Shown: positions 33,914-45,500 of the stretch, one piece after another
Numbering within the stretch: the stretch's first letter is position 1
How the letters are laid out: the number at the start of each line of letters is the position of its first letter
UHGV virus genome: UHGV-0232937
Origin: a virus
DNA: 64,000 nucleotides
Strand: one strand, 5' to 3'
Notes under the pieces: model-generated
Database searches by the model: none
The model's input: the letters and a program-made list of their open reading frames with translations, nothing else
Told to the model about the DNA's origin: nothing
Made by a program: the position numbers and the translations under genes

Positions 33914-34702
33914 ATGACTCACTTGAAAAAATTCAAAGAATTTCTGACCGAAGGTAAAACCCTCGCTCGTACCGTAGCACGTGGTCAACGCGCTAAAACT
34001 TCCGATAAACATTCAATCGGTTTTCTTCACTTCAAACATGGTTCTGATTTCGAAGTTTTAGCACCGGATTCTCACGATCTGGCATACTTCGGTAAAAACA
34101 TTGTACGTTTGAAAGGTATGACTACTGGTAAAGTTCAAGCGGCTTATGTCGATTGGGCTAAAGGTACTGTTTCTTTCTACAGTGGCAATCCGGATGATGA
34201 TCTGGATTTCGACAAACCAGAAAAATTCAAAGCTGCTACTCTGTATGAAGAGGCGGAAGAAAATCTGGATCTGTATAACCAGTTAGCAGAAGATTTCGAA
34301 ATCGAGATCCCTATGGATGAAGCTCTGGTGAAAGGTAAAGTTTACAAACTCCCAAGCAACGATATGCGTCTTCTGTACACTGGGCGTTCTAAAACTAAAG
34401 CAAGCGGTGAATATGCAGTGTTTACCGTAGTTGATGCTTCCGGCAAACCTCGCCTAGTATCTGGTAAAAAATTCACCCAGGAATATAAAGGCGATATGGT
34501 TTCTAAACTGGTTCTGGCTGAATCCGAAGATCTGAATGAAGCGGCTAAAGGCATTCGCGAAAAAGTTATTGCTGTGATGGTGAAACGCGGGTTTAACGAA
34601 AAAGATGCAGAAAAGATGGTTGACAAAAACCTGAAAGATGCTATGAAAGTTAGACCTGGTGCGACCCCTGGCAAACTTGCAGAAATAGTTAGCACCCTGT
34701 AA
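33914..34702 (+). CDS. putative internal head (poly)protein
   Basis: N-terminus MTHLKKFKEFLTE resembles the T4 IP capsid-targeting sequence MKTYQEFIAE. ACTAAATA late-like box upstream, own terminator. Confidence 0.7.
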   Translation: MTHLKKFKEFLTEGKTLARTVARGQRAKTSDKHSIGFLHFKHGSDFEVLAPDSHDLAYFGKNIVRLKGMTTGKVQAAYVDWAKGTVSFYSGNPDDDLDFDKPEKFKAATLYEEAEENLDLYNQLAEDFEIEIPMDEALVKGKVYKLPSNDMRLLYTGRSKTKASGEYAVFTVVDASGKPRLVSGKKFTQEYKGDMVSKLVLAESEDLNEAAKGIREKVIAVMVKRGFNEKDAEKMVDKNLKDAMKVRPGATPGKLAEIVSTL

Positions 34703-34706
34703 AAAT

Positions 34707-34736
34707 AAAGCCCCTTCCTTTCGGTTGGGGCTTTTT
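34707..34736. terminator. terminator between convergent genes
   Basis: AAAGCCCC...GGGGCTTTTT. Confidence 0.75.
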
Positions 34737-34738
34737 GA

Positions 34739-35593
34739 TTAGTATTTGCTCCAGACTTTTTTCGCGCCGTAAGGTTTCCCTTTGGACATAAATTGCTGAG
34801 TCGGTAGCCAAACAGCTTTCGCCCAATCTTTCGGGGCAATCTCTGCTAATGGTGATTTGAGGTGTGATGGTAGATATGCTTTGATCATTTCTGTTGCGCC
34901 TCGCATACCTTTCACGTTACCCCAGTTAATTTTGAGTACAGTCTTGTTAGAGAGGCGTTTAGTGGATCCGTATCCTCGCTTCAATAACTCTTCTAAAAAC
35001 TCCTGTCGTGCTCTGGGTGGCGCATAGTGCAAGTTCAAACCATAGAACACCAAGTTACCCGCTTTTGATCTTCCGGATCCTAAGAAAATGATCAGTGGAA
35101 ATCTATCCCAGTACGGTAGGGTGTCTTTATATTTTGCATCATATGCAAACGTGTACAGGCGACCCGTTGCTGGTTTTGCCACACGGTGTGTTTTGATACT
35201 GGTTTTGATGAAATTACCAAACCATTCTGTTGAATCTTTCTGTCGCTTTGCCGCTGATACACCAACAGTGATCTTTTTTAGACTATTACGGAAATCGTTA
35301 ATGATATCGATCCCGTGTTTTTTACGGTAGTCGTTACGTTTTTTACGGGCTTCTGTCTCTGCTGAACGTCGTTCAATCTCATCATCGATCTGTTTTTTGT
35401 AACGATGCATTGACTTTGTGAACGTTGCGTAGTTTAATCCCTCAGAATCGGCAAAACGTTTAGCAGAAACACCTTTCGTTTTCGCCTTGCGGAATTTGAT
35501 CCCCAGTTCAACCCAATCACTCAATTTGCGTTTGGGTGGTGCTTTGGGTTTATCCTCTTCCGCGATGATCTCAAACTCAAAAATAAAACTCAT
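34739..35593 (-). CDS. 2: DNA end protector gp2
   Basis: GRLYTFAYDAKYKDTLPYWDRFPLI, GLNLHY.PP.AR. Confidence 0.92.
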   Translation of the reverse strand: MSFIFEFEIIAEEDKPKAPPKRKLSDWVELGIKFRKAKTKGVSAKRFADSEGLNYATFTKSMHRYKKQIDDEIERRSAETEARKKRNDYRKKHGIDIINDFRNSLKKITVGVSAAKRQKDSTEWFGNFIKTSIKTHRVAKPATGRLYTFAYDAKYKDTLPYWDRFPLIIFLGSGRSKAGNLVFYGLNLHYAPPRARQEFLEELLKRGYGSTKRLSNKTVLKINWGNVKGMRGATEMIKAYLPSHLKSPLAEIAPKDWAKAVWLPTQQFMSKGKPYGAKKVWSKY

Positions 35594-35608
35594 GTTTCCC
35601 TCCAGGGA

Positions 35609-36076
35609 TTACTGACCTCGCCACCCAAAAACTTTTTTGAGTGATTCTTCTGTTACGATTTTGAACTGCCAGCCTTTTTGACGGCATAGCTCATTTGCGG
35701 CTTTCCACTTATCAATATTAACTGTATAGGTGTAAAGAGCATCAATAAATTTCTTTTTATTGTGTACGTTGTTGTTTACTGGCTTCGGTGGGGGCATGGT
35801 TTCTTTAAGGGGCTTAACCTCCCAAAGATATGTAGTACCATTTTCCATTTCCACATAGAAATCCATGTAATAGCGTCTTCTCTTACCGTCTGCATTGCAG
35901 AAATACGGGATCACTATACATTCAGAATTCCAACGTTTTACGTGTGGGTTTTTATCCAGCCACTTCATAACGTAGCGCTCCCACGATGACCTATACGTAA
36001 TCTTTCGCGGATCGCCTTTATACTTCTGTATGTTTTCGGGTACAAACGACCCTTTATACGTCTGTCTTCCAGCCAT
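35609..36076 (-). CDS. 4: head completion nuclease gp4
   Basis: KYKGDP..I.YRSSWE, RRYYMDF, EVKP.KET.PP. Confidence 0.92.
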   Translation of the reverse strand: MAGRQTYKGSFVPENIQKYKGDPRKITYRSSWERYVMKWLDKNPHVKRWNSECIVIPYFCNADGKRRRYYMDFYVEMENGTTYLWEVKPLKETMPPPKPVNNNVHNKKKFIDALYTYTVNIDKWKAANELCRQKGWQFKIVTEESLKKVFGWRGQ

Positions 36077-36126
36077 TGCGTAAATCCTAAATAGAATAAT
36101 ATAACGTTTAGATAGGGGAACTTATC

Positions 36127-36681
36127 GTGCTATTTTCATACTTCCCGCCTGTTGATTACAAAGGCACCCAGACAACTGATATTTTCCGAGACTATCGATT
36201 TTATTTTAATCGTGTGATTGGAAAATATAAAACCCGTAGTTACCAGATAACAGGCACACTACGACCTGAACAACTTGCAGAATCATTATATGGAAACCAG
36301 CAATACTACTGGATCCTGTTGATGCTTAACTCTGTTTATGACCCTTTCTATGGTTGGATCTCCGATCAGGAAGCCGCGTATCAGTGCGCTATACAGCGTT
36401 ATTCTGAGGTTGGCGGTGAACAGGTTCTGTATCATGTAGATGAAAACAACAACAAGTATTATAACCTTGTCGAAGACCCCAATAACCCTGGTCATTGGTA
36501 TGACAAAGGTGACAAACCAATGCTGTATTTACAGTATCAAGGTGTATTAGCTCCTGTAGATATTTATGAAGATGCAGTGTTGCAAAATGAAGCAAAACGA
36601 ACAATAAAAATCATTAGTCCGTCTGACATCCAGGCGTTTCTGAATGATTTTATTAAAGAAATGGAAAAGGCTAACTCATGA
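36127..36681 (+). CDS. 53: baseplate wedge gp53
   Basis: RPEQLAESLYG..QYYWILLMLN..YDP (LysM-like). Synteny. Confidence 0.92.
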   Translation: MLFSYFPPVDYKGTQTTDIFRDYRFYFNRVIGKYKTRSYQITGTLRPEQLAESLYGNQQYYWILLMLNSVYDPFYGWISDQEAAYQCAIQRYSEVGGEQVLYHVDENNNKYYNLVEDPNNPGHWYDKGDKPMLYLQYQGVLAPVDIYEDAVLQNEAKRTIKIISPSDIQAFLNDFIKEMEKANS

Positions 36682-38447
36682 AATTAGGCGGAAATTTACA
36701 CTCCCCTTTCTTTGATGGGGTGGTTGAAAACGTTGATGATCCGCGCGGGTTGGGCCGTGTTCAAGTCCGTGTATTTGGACAACACCCAGCCCAAAAACAA
36801 AAATCCGATGCAATCGGTGTTCCTGTTGAAGATTTACCCTGGATGATGCCTATTCAGGATATTAGAAGCGCTGCGATCTCTGGTGTGGGCTTCTCTCCAA
36901 CTGGTATCACTCGCGGATCCTTTGTTGTTGGTTATTGGCGTGACAAATGGCACCAAGATGGTATGATAATTGGTACTGTCGCTGGTGAATATGTCGAACA
37001 ACCAGACACACAGAAAGGTTTTTGCGATCCTATGGGTGAATACCCTCGCTATGTTGGTAACGATGTTAACTCCCTTGCTTTAGGCGGTTTGAAAGGCAAA
37101 GGATCATCAAGTGTCATCATTCGTGATTCAAACACAAGCATAGCAGTAAACCCAGACGATCGCCCACTGGATGAGATACCAGAAGATAACCGCCCTGATA
37201 CGGGTGGATTTACTATCGAAAAGATGCTCAAGCAGGATGAGGGGATCCGCACACGCTGGTATACAGACAGTGAAGGATATCCGACAATTGGGATCGGGCA
37301 TTTGCTTATCCGCGAAAAGACTCGCGACACTGCAAAAATTAACGCTGCGATCAGTAAAGCGGTAGGTCGAGAAGTAACAAACGGGACAATCACGGCAGAA
37401 GAGGTTTCAACCTTATTTGCTCAAGATTTAGCCAAAGTAAGATCTGATATTCAGAGAACCGCTAACGTCCGTGAAGTGTATGTGAACCTAAACCGTCCTC
37501 GTCAAATGGCGATCGAAAACATGTCGTTTCAAATGGGCGTCGGTGGTGTTGCTAAATTCACCAATACCCTAAAAGCGATGAAAAATGAAGATTGGCAAGC
37601 GGCTTATAATGGTCTTCGCAATTCACTGTGGGCTAGTCAAACTCCAGGCCGTTCTTCTCGCGTGTCTAAAATCGTCCTCACGGGCAACCTTGAATCATAT
37701 GGGGTGCAAGTACCAGATCCGGAAGGGCGCTCTCTGAGTGCTGCTTACGCTGCGTATAACGGTGCTACATTGTCGGCTACTAGTCCGGAAGATCCGTTTA
37801 CTCCTGGTGATACCCGTGTGATGTTTGAAGAACCAACATCATCTTATAATGCGGAATATCCGTATAACATGGTGTTTGAATCGAGATCCGGACACATTCA
37901 GGAATTCGATGATACCCCAGGATACGAACGATATAACCGTGTTCACCCAGCAGGGAGTTACGAAGAAATTCGCCCGGATGGAACCCGCGTTGTTAAAATC
38001 GTAGGGGATGATTATCAAATTGTGATGCAGGGCCGGAAACTCAATGTTAAAGGCAACTTGCAGGTAGTTATTGAAGGCGACGCATTCATTTACAACATGG
38101 GTAACGTTCAACAAACGGTTGATGGTAACGTAACTGAGTTTGTTCGTGGCAACGTTCAACAAACTGTTGAAGGTGAGTACGTTGGCCTGATTAAAGGTAA
38201 CGCTGAACTAACTGTAAACAAAGATGCAACAGTTAACGTTGATCAGAATCTTACCGCAAATGTGAAACAGAATGCAACCGTAGCTGTAACAGAAGACGCA
38301 ACGATCACTGCAAAAAATGCGAAAATGGAGATTGAAGAAACGATGGATATCGGTGCTAAAGATATCAATATCAAAGCAACGAATAACACGTTTATTGATT
38401 CTGGCGCATTAACAAAAATCACTGGCGGCACCGTCCAAGTGGGGTAA
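36678..38447 (+). CDS. 5: baseplate hub / tail lysozyme central spike gp5
   Basis: OB fold GVVE..DDP..LGRVQVR, lysozyme DEG.....YTDSEGYPTIGIG, VxG beta-helix repeats. Confidence 0.96.
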   Translation: MKLGGNLHSPFFDGVVENVDDPRGLGRVQVRVFGQHPAQKQKSDAIGVPVEDLPWMMPIQDIRSAAISGVGFSPTGITRGSFVVGYWRDKWHQDGMIIGTVAGEYVEQPDTQKGFCDPMGEYPRYVGNDVNSLALGGLKGKGSSSVIIRDSNTSIAVNPDDRPLDEIPEDNRPDTGGFTIEKMLKQDEGIRTRWYTDSEGYPTIGIGHLLIREKTRDTAKINAAISKAVGREVTNGTITAEEVSTLFAQDLAKVRSDIQRTANVREVYVNLNRPRQMAIENMSFQMGVGGVAKFTNTLKAMKNEDWQAAYNGLRNSLWASQTPGRSSRVSKIVLTGNLESYGVQVPDPEGRSLSAAYAAYNGATLSATSPEDPFTPGDTRVMFEEPTSSYNAEYPYNMVFESRSGHIQEFDDTPGYERYNRVHPAGSYEEIRPDGTRVVKIVGDDYQIVMQGRKLNVKGNLQVVIEGDAFIYNMGNVQQTVDGNVTEFVRGNVQQTVEGEYVGLIKGNAELTVNKDATVNVDQNLTANVKQNATVAVTEDATITAKNAKMEIEETMDIGAKDINIKATNNTFIDSGALTKITGGTVQVG

Positions 38448-38451
38448 TTAA

Positions 38452-40518
38452 ATGATTATGGATTATGAATCAATAATTGATGGAATTATGCAAAATTATC
38501 AGCATCCTTGTGATGCTGAGATCCCCGCTGGCTATTATCGGCGGGTTATCTGGCAAGGGCATACAGAAAATTATCCGGCTGTTGGGGTTGAGTGGGATAC
38601 CGAGATAATCAAAATCGGTACTCATCTTTATACTCAAGAACCGTTCGGACATAGAAGCACGGATCTACCTGTTGTCAATTCACCGGGAACAGATCCAAAT
38701 ACCGGACAACCAACAGGGATCCTTGTTCCGAAGATTGGCTATTATTTCAACACTCAAGCAGAGATTGATGCTTACATTACATCCATCGGTGCAACTAAAA
38801 TCAATGGTGGTAATGATTGGTACGGCGCGGATCTGTCAAAATCAAACCTATACAAAAACCCTGGCGAACTGGCTATGTATAAGGTTGAAAACAGTGGCGG
38901 GTATCTTTCCGGAACAAACCCTGTATGTGATGCTCGCATACGTCAGGCGTATAATCAGGACACTGGCGCATTCACCAATATTGATTATTATTGGAATGGT
39001 AATCGTATAGCATATATGAAGCATGACGAAACAGGGGCGCACCAGTGCAAATATACGGGTATGCAGGTTAACACCAACGCAGATACAAGCATTCCTCCTG
39101 TTCCTCCTGCAATGCCTTCCACTTATGGAGCATTACCGAGTGAATTAAGCCGTGCTGATATTTCGTGCATTCCGGCAACTGTTGGTTTCGCATATACAAA
39201 TATCAGTGATGCTATGTTACAGGCATGGAACGAAACCCGTAATACGTTCAAGCTACAGTTTAACATGTTAACGGGTGCTGTACAGAATGGATTCGGGATC
39301 GCGACGATGTTTGATGGTTTATCCGTATCGATGGAAGAAGTAATGGCGGGGGCGCTCGCATTGTCACAGCAAGCATGGCAAACTGCTATGAAAGTTTTCA
39401 GACAAGTGATTAGCGCTGCGTTTAACATTATCGGTGGTGCATGGGGATTGATTAATCAGTTCTTGCCTCAAGTAACCATCTTAGGTGTTGCGATCAACAT
39501 TTACGATCTGGTGTTTGGTGATAATTCTGTTCAGACTTTGAAAGATGCATTTAATGCAATCATCAAATCCGGACAACAAACATATGAAACCGTCATAAAC
39601 GCAATATACGGGGCCATAGGAAGCGCATACAATTACTCTGTGGAATATGTCAAAGCTGGCGCTCGCGACCTTGTGGATGCGTGTAGCGCGTTATTTGATT
39701 GGTGTTTAACGATGTTCCAAAACGGTTGCGTTGCATTAATCGACTTATACGGTCGGATCATGCAAACATGGGCTATCCCTCCGGAAGTTCCAAACCCGTT
39801 ATGGTCTGCGGTGCTGGCTATCCGTAACATCATGATGCAAATCAAACCACTTGATATAATTCTGGGCGGTAACTTCCCTGGATTTACTGCAATGGATTTA
39901 TATCAACAAGCACAGGAAAAAGTCAAGGCTTTTGTTGATGAGTCATACGAACAGATCCGAGGGCTTTATGAACAAGGGCAGGAACTTTACAAAACGTTAA
40001 AAAATCAGATTTTCGAACGTGATGCAATTCAGAGAAAATTCAACCAGTACTTAAACTGGATGTGGGGCGCTGTAACAGACGAAGCAACAGCGGCTTATCA
40101 ATCTGCATTGGATGTTGCAAACGCTGCTGTAGCTGCAACACAGGCCGCGTATGACGCTATACAGGAACAGATTGGATCTCTACAAGATGCAATGAAAGAT
40201 ACATACAGTATGGCGATGGAAGAATTAAAGAAATTGCCTTTGATGAGTACAATAAACGAGTTTTTAGGCTTCTGTGGTGTCGCATTTGACGATCTTCTCA
40301 AGTCATATGAAAATGCGATTACTGGTGCTCAGTCTCTGTACAAAAATTTCATTGATAGTTCGCGCTCGTTTAAAGATCACTGCAAAGTAATCTACAACCA
40401 AATTTGTACGCTGGCGTTGAGTAAAGTCACACAATATGTGAATAAATTGCTGTCTCTCATAGGATTAGCAATCAACTTTGGTTCGATTAGTGTATGTGTT
40501 CCAGTACTGAAATACTAA
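38452..40518 (+). CDS. 688-aa helical/coiled-coil protein at the 5.1/5.4 locus
   Basis: Long ORF between 5 and 6, no PAAR motif. Confidence 0.8.
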   Translation: MIMDYESIIDGIMQNYQHPCDAEIPAGYYRRVIWQGHTENYPAVGVEWDTEIIKIGTHLYTQEPFGHRSTDLPVVNSPGTDPNTGQPTGILVPKIGYYFNTQAEIDAYITSIGATKINGGNDWYGADLSKSNLYKNPGELAMYKVENSGGYLSGTNPVCDARIRQAYNQDTGAFTNIDYYWNGNRIAYMKHDETGAHQCKYTGMQVNTNADTSIPPVPPAMPSTYGALPSELSRADISCIPATVGFAYTNISDAMLQAWNETRNTFKLQFNMLTGAVQNGFGIATMFDGLSVSMEEVMAGALALSQQAWQTAMKVFRQVISAAFNIIGGAWGLINQFLPQVTILGVAINIYDLVFGDNSVQTLKDAFNAIIKSGQQTYETVINAIYGAIGSAYNYSVEYVKAGARDLVDACSALFDWCLTMFQNGCVALIDLYGRIMQTWAIPPEVPNPLWSAVLAIRNIMMQIKPLDIILGGNFPGFTAMDLYQQAQEKVKAFVDESYEQIRGLYEQGQELYKTLKNQIFERDAIQRKFNQYLNWMWGAVTDEATAAYQSALDVANAAVAATQAAYDAIQEQIGSLQDAMKDTYSMAMEELKKLPLMSTINEFLGFCGVAFDDLLKSYENAITGAQSLYKNFIDSSRSFKDHCKVIYNQICTLALSKVTQYVNKLLSLIGLAINFGSISVCVPVLKY

Positions 40519-40549
40519 ATAGTCGAATGATCAAGAGGAATTTATAATA

Positions 40550-42475
40550 ATGGCTACTGCTAAGACTAAGACTGTCAAAAAACAGATTAACCAAATCCCC
40601 GATATTTTTATCGGGGGTACTTTCGAAGAAATTAAAACAGATCTGATCGATTGGCTGGGTGGACAAGAAGAGTTTAAGGATTACGATTTTTCCGGCTCAC
40701 GAATGAACGTACTGATCGACCTTCTGTCGTATGCTACTCTTTATATTCAGCAGATGGGTAACACGGCTCTATTTGAATCGTTTATTCGCACGGCTGCATT
40801 GCGTAGTTCTGTTGTACAGTCTGCTCAAGAACTGGGGTATATGCCAGATTCGCGCACGGCTGCAAGCACAGCAGTAATGATTACGGCTGCTAACCCACTG
40901 ACCCCAACATCGATCCGTATCCCGCGCGGTACAAAATTCATCGGTACTGTAAAGAATACAGACAGTTATTCTTTTGTTGTATCGGATGACGTTGTTATCG
41001 TTCGTGATAGTAATAACAACTATACATCAATGCTGAACCTGGTGCAAGGCCGTTTAGTTCGTACTGAACTAATTTATGACGGTTCAAGTATCCTGATCCG
41101 AGATCCAAACATTGACCGTAGTCAGGTACGTTTAACTGTAAACGGCGCACAATGGGAAGACTGGACAAACGAAAGCATTGTAAACGCAACAGGCGCAAGC
41201 ACGATTTACTACATGCGTGAAACTGTTGATGGACATACCGAAGTTTATTTCGGTGAAGGTGAAGCAAGTCAACAAGTGGCGGGTGGTGCATTAACCGCTG
41301 AATATATCGGGGGCTTGAAACCTGCTAATGGATCGACTATCGTTATTGAATACCTGTCAACCGATGGGGAAGCGGCTAACGGTGCAAAAGATTTTATCTA
41401 TGTCGATACATTAACCAATATTAGCATCACTAACATCGAAGAAAACCCGACTAAATCCCCTGATTATGTCGGTGCTGATGGTGGTGGTGATCCAGAAGAT
41501 ATCGAGCGTATTCGAGAACTGGCCCCTGTTATGCGTGAAACACAACGCCGTTGTGTAACTGCATCGGATTATGAATCTTTCCTGTCTCACAGATTTGGTT
41601 CTATCATCCAGGCGGTACAGTGCTTTACTGATAACGAAAAACCTGGTTATGCTTTCATTTCTGTTAAACCAAAGTCAGGTTTGCGCCTAACATCGGTACA
41701 GAAAGAAGATATGCAAACGTATCTTTCGAAATATAACCTCGCGACGATCACCCCATCGATTATGGATCCTAACTATCTGTATATTGTGCAATCTGTCAAA
41801 GTAACGTATGATATCAGTAAGTTGACGGAATCAGAGGAATGGTTACGCGGTCAGGTTATTTCGTCGATCGACTCTTACTATACTGACAACGTTGAAATTT
41901 TCAACAAATCTTTCAGTGTATCTAAGATGTTGACTTATGTCGATCAGTCTGATACTTCTATTATCGGTTCGGAAGCAGATATTAAATTGCTCCGTGAAAT
42001 TGACAACTATTACAGCGCCCCTATGTCTGGGATCCATTTCTTGAACCAGGTGGAATCTAAATCAATCATTTCCAGTACGTTCAAGTTCACCAACGAAGAA
42101 GACGAAAGTTATGATGTTCGTTATGCTTCTACGGAAATGGATCAGGATGGTAACGCAAAAATTGTAATAGGCCCGTTCAAGGATGGGGATATTTCGATCG
42201 CTGCTTATACAGGTGATGACTTTGAAAAATTAACAGATGCAGGAACCCGTAATAAATATTACGAAGTCGGATCGGTGTCTCATTATACCGATTTCATTAG
42301 CTTTGATCTGGGCGTTCTGAACGTATCCGCCGATAGTTTCAGTGCTGCTTATATCGAGCTAACCGCAAAGCCTCTCGAAGAAACCATTTTTACTCGCGAT
42401 GGATCGTTGATCGTGTTTGAAAATGACCTGCGTCCTCAATACACCACATTGACTATGAATCCTATCAGTCAATAA
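40550..42475 (+). CDS. 6: baseplate wedge gp6
   Basis: FKDYDFSGSRMNVLIDLL, QRRCVTASDY. Confidence 0.95.
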   Translation: MATAKTKTVKKQINQIPDIFIGGTFEEIKTDLIDWLGGQEEFKDYDFSGSRMNVLIDLLSYATLYIQQMGNTALFESFIRTAALRSSVVQSAQELGYMPDSRTAASTAVMITAANPLTPTSIRIPRGTKFIGTVKNTDSYSFVVSDDVVIVRDSNNNYTSMLNLVQGRLVRTELIYDGSSILIRDPNIDRSQVRLTVNGAQWEDWTNESIVNATGASTIYYMRETVDGHTEVYFGEGEASQQVAGGALTAEYIGGLKPANGSTIVIEYLSTDGEAANGAKDFIYVDTLTNISITNIEENPTKSPDYVGADGGGDPEDIERIRELAPVMRETQRRCVTASDYESFLSHRFGSIIQAVQCFTDNEKPGYAFISVKPKSGLRLTSVQKEDMQTYLSKYNLATITPSIMDPNYLYIVQSVKVTYDISKLTESEEWLRGQVISSIDSYYTDNVEIFNKSFSVSKMLTYVDQSDTSIIGSEADIKLLREIDNYYSAPMSGIHFLNQVESKSIISSTFKFTNEEDESYDVRYASTEMDQDGNAKIVIGPFKDGDISIAAYTGDDFEKLTDAGTRNKYYEVGSVSHYTDFISFDLGVLNVSADSFSAAYIELTAKPLEETIFTRDGSLIVFENDLRPQYTTLTMNPISQ

Positions 42476-42480
42476 TCGTT

Positions 42481-42520
42481 AACCCCTGTCTTCGGATAGG
42501 GGTTTTTCTTTTTATAAATA
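42481..42520 (+). promoter_or_regulatory. terminator followed by late promoter
   Basis: AACCCCTGTC-TTCG-GATAGGGGTTTTT, then TATAAATA at 42513-42520. Confidence 0.8.
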
Positions 42521-42555
42521 CGTGATATACATAACCGCAAATTTGGAGAAATATA

Positions 42556-45500
42556 ATGATTAAAGCGCCTTCGATTACGAGTTTGCGCGTTGATAAGCTG
42601 GCTGCTAACTTCGTTTACCTTAAATGGGATGATGTTGGCATGGATTTCTATTATGTGGTTGAATTGGCCCGTAGCCGTGATATGGACGGAACTATTATTC
42701 CAGACGAAGAGTTAATCTGGACGCAGTTGGGTTATAGCTACGAAAACGAATGGTTTAGCGATCAGGTTGCCCCAAATACACGTTATAAATTCCGTATTCA
42801 AACAACTCATGAAGGGTTTGAACCTTCTGATTGGGTGATCAGCGATGAATTATGGACGTTTGATGAGAACGCCTATGCATATACAACCATGCGTGAATTC
42901 ACCCCTGCTGATTCGTTTATCAATGAAAAATTCGCCAAAAACAATCGTGATTACGTCGATTTTAACGATGATGTTATTATGGCTTCTCTGATGGTTGAGG
43001 ATTTTGTATACTCTCCCCTGTATTCTGATGTAAGCCAGATCAGCGATAAGATCCTGAAACAAGAAAGCTACAATGAAATTCAAGATCACATCGAACACGT
43101 TTGTAATGATATAGATCGCACGTTCCTGGTATACTCAAACGGATTGCTTTACCTGTTTGAACGTTTTCAGAATATGGCTAAAGTGTCAAATGACAAAGGC
43201 CAAACGTGGTATTACTACAAAGCATTAAACGATCGTGTAGGCAATCCGGTTTCCCGTACCGTTGCTTATCAGAGCGCTAACACTACGTATGTGTTAGGAT
43301 ACGATCGCATATTTTACGGGCGCACGTCAACAGATATTCGTTGGTCTTCTGATGAAGTTCGTTTTTCTTCTGATGATGTAACTTTTGCGAAGCTGGGGAA
43401 CCAGTCAGGGTTAGATTTTGATGTTGACTCATACAACACGTATGCGCGTCTACCGGGCGGAGTGTCGAAGTATGCCGAAGCTATGGCTTGTTCTAGTGAT
43501 TGGCTCTATGTGGCTGCTAAGAACGTTATGCGCCGTATTGCGTTACGTAACACACCAATTGATACTGATCCTGGTTCGCCGACCTTTGGTGAACGTATTT
43601 TTGATGAAGTTTCATATACTATCGTACCAGGAAATGATAAAATTGTTGTTAAAAAAATGGATGTGCTGAATGATCGTCTGTACGTTCTGGTAACTGGTGA
43701 AGTTAAAACGGCGATGATGGATCCAACTGTCAAAGCTAACGTGATCCCATCAAACGATGCTGGCGTTTATCTGTGGGATGAGAATGCAAAGACGTTTACC
43801 CGTGTTTATGGTAAAACCGAAGATGAACGTTTTTATATCACTCATGAATATACCAATATGTCAACCAATGGCGATGAAGTTTACATTTCTGTTGGTAACT
43901 ACAAATATCCAGGCACTTTGCCAGATCCAGATCTGGTTGAAAAGTATCCGGAAGATGTGCATTCAGCGGTGAAATACGATCTTGTTCCTGGTTATACTGC
44001 GAGCATTTCGATTAACTTTGCTACAGTTCGAGCAAATCAGAACGATCCTACTGTTTGGAACTTTGGGCCGCAAGAGTACTACAATGAAGCAAACTTTAGC
44101 TGGCATTTCCGCGATAAGGTTAGCACATGGATCACCAATGATAACCGTCCTCTGGTGGTTTATCCGGAAACCCTGTATACTCTGGTTACTGATAGCGCGT
44201 CTCCTGCGTCAACGATTCGTGTAAACCATGAAGTTTGGGACAAAGGAACAGTTACTATCTACTTGAATAATATCAAATTTACTGGTTTTACGAAGTACAC
44301 AAACGGTGTTCTGTTGTATCGCTCAGGTGGTAGGATAATTGGATTCTATGAACTGTCATACCGCGCAAGGGATGAACTTACTATTTTCTGGAAACCTGAT
44401 AACACTTTAATGGTGGCAAGTCTGGTTAATCAGGAACGTGAAAACCCATACACGCCGGATATTGAACCTGGACTAATAGATCCTGATCTGAGTCACATGA
44501 TTACTCGTTTTGCTCCGCAAAGCTATCTGGACAACCAACAGTTCGAAAAATTTGGTGAATACTATCTGCAATATATTTCGTTGGGTAGCAACAGTTACTA
44601 TAACAAATTGCTGAACCTCATCCGGAACAAATATCCGAGAGAGAAAAACAACGTTGAATATTTGTGGTCTGAAATTAACCGCCGTAACATTTACCTGGAT
44701 AAAACCAAACGTGAGGCAGTGGTTAGATTTTTTGAATCACGTGCAAGCGATTTCTATTCAACAAAAGGGATTGAGGCAAGTTATACGTTCCTGTTTAAAT
44801 TACTGTATAACGAAGATGTTTCCGTTGAGATCGAAAGCTCCAACAGTCTCGAATATGATATTTTGGTTAGTTCAACAAATATCAGTCAGGATATCGTAGG
44901 CCGGACGATCTATACACCAACTGGACGCGCTAACGTTACATACATCGAACGTGAATATGAAAATGGTCAATTGCGTTGGTCAATGACTCTGCATAATGCT
45001 CAAGGTAACTTTATCGAAGGGCAGGTTGTCAAGTCAGAAAAAACCAATTTCACCGGAATGGTAATTCGTGGTGTTCGTGGTAAACAAATGGCTAACAACT
45101 CGATCGACTATATAAACCGTGGACGCTCTTACTACGTGATGAAAATTCGTTCAAATCTACCGACTTCCCGTTATAAGGATGACGTATTGAGGTTTGTTCA
45201 TCCGGTAGGATTCGGCTTCATGGGTATTACGATGTTAACAGTATTCATCAACTCTGGTTTGTCAATGACTCATAACGAGACAATCATTGATATTCTGAGA
45301 AACTACCGTTTCGATAGTGGTTATCCTAAGTTCTGGCCTGATCGCATTGCGAGCATGGACGGTAACGGAAACCAACAATTCGACCTGGTTACTGGTGAAC
45401 CTCTGTACACCGCACACCCGCGAGCGGGGGAACCTTTTGATGTACCTCCGGAATATGACGTTGAAGAAAAACCGCTTAACGGTGTTCTTCCTTCTGCGCG

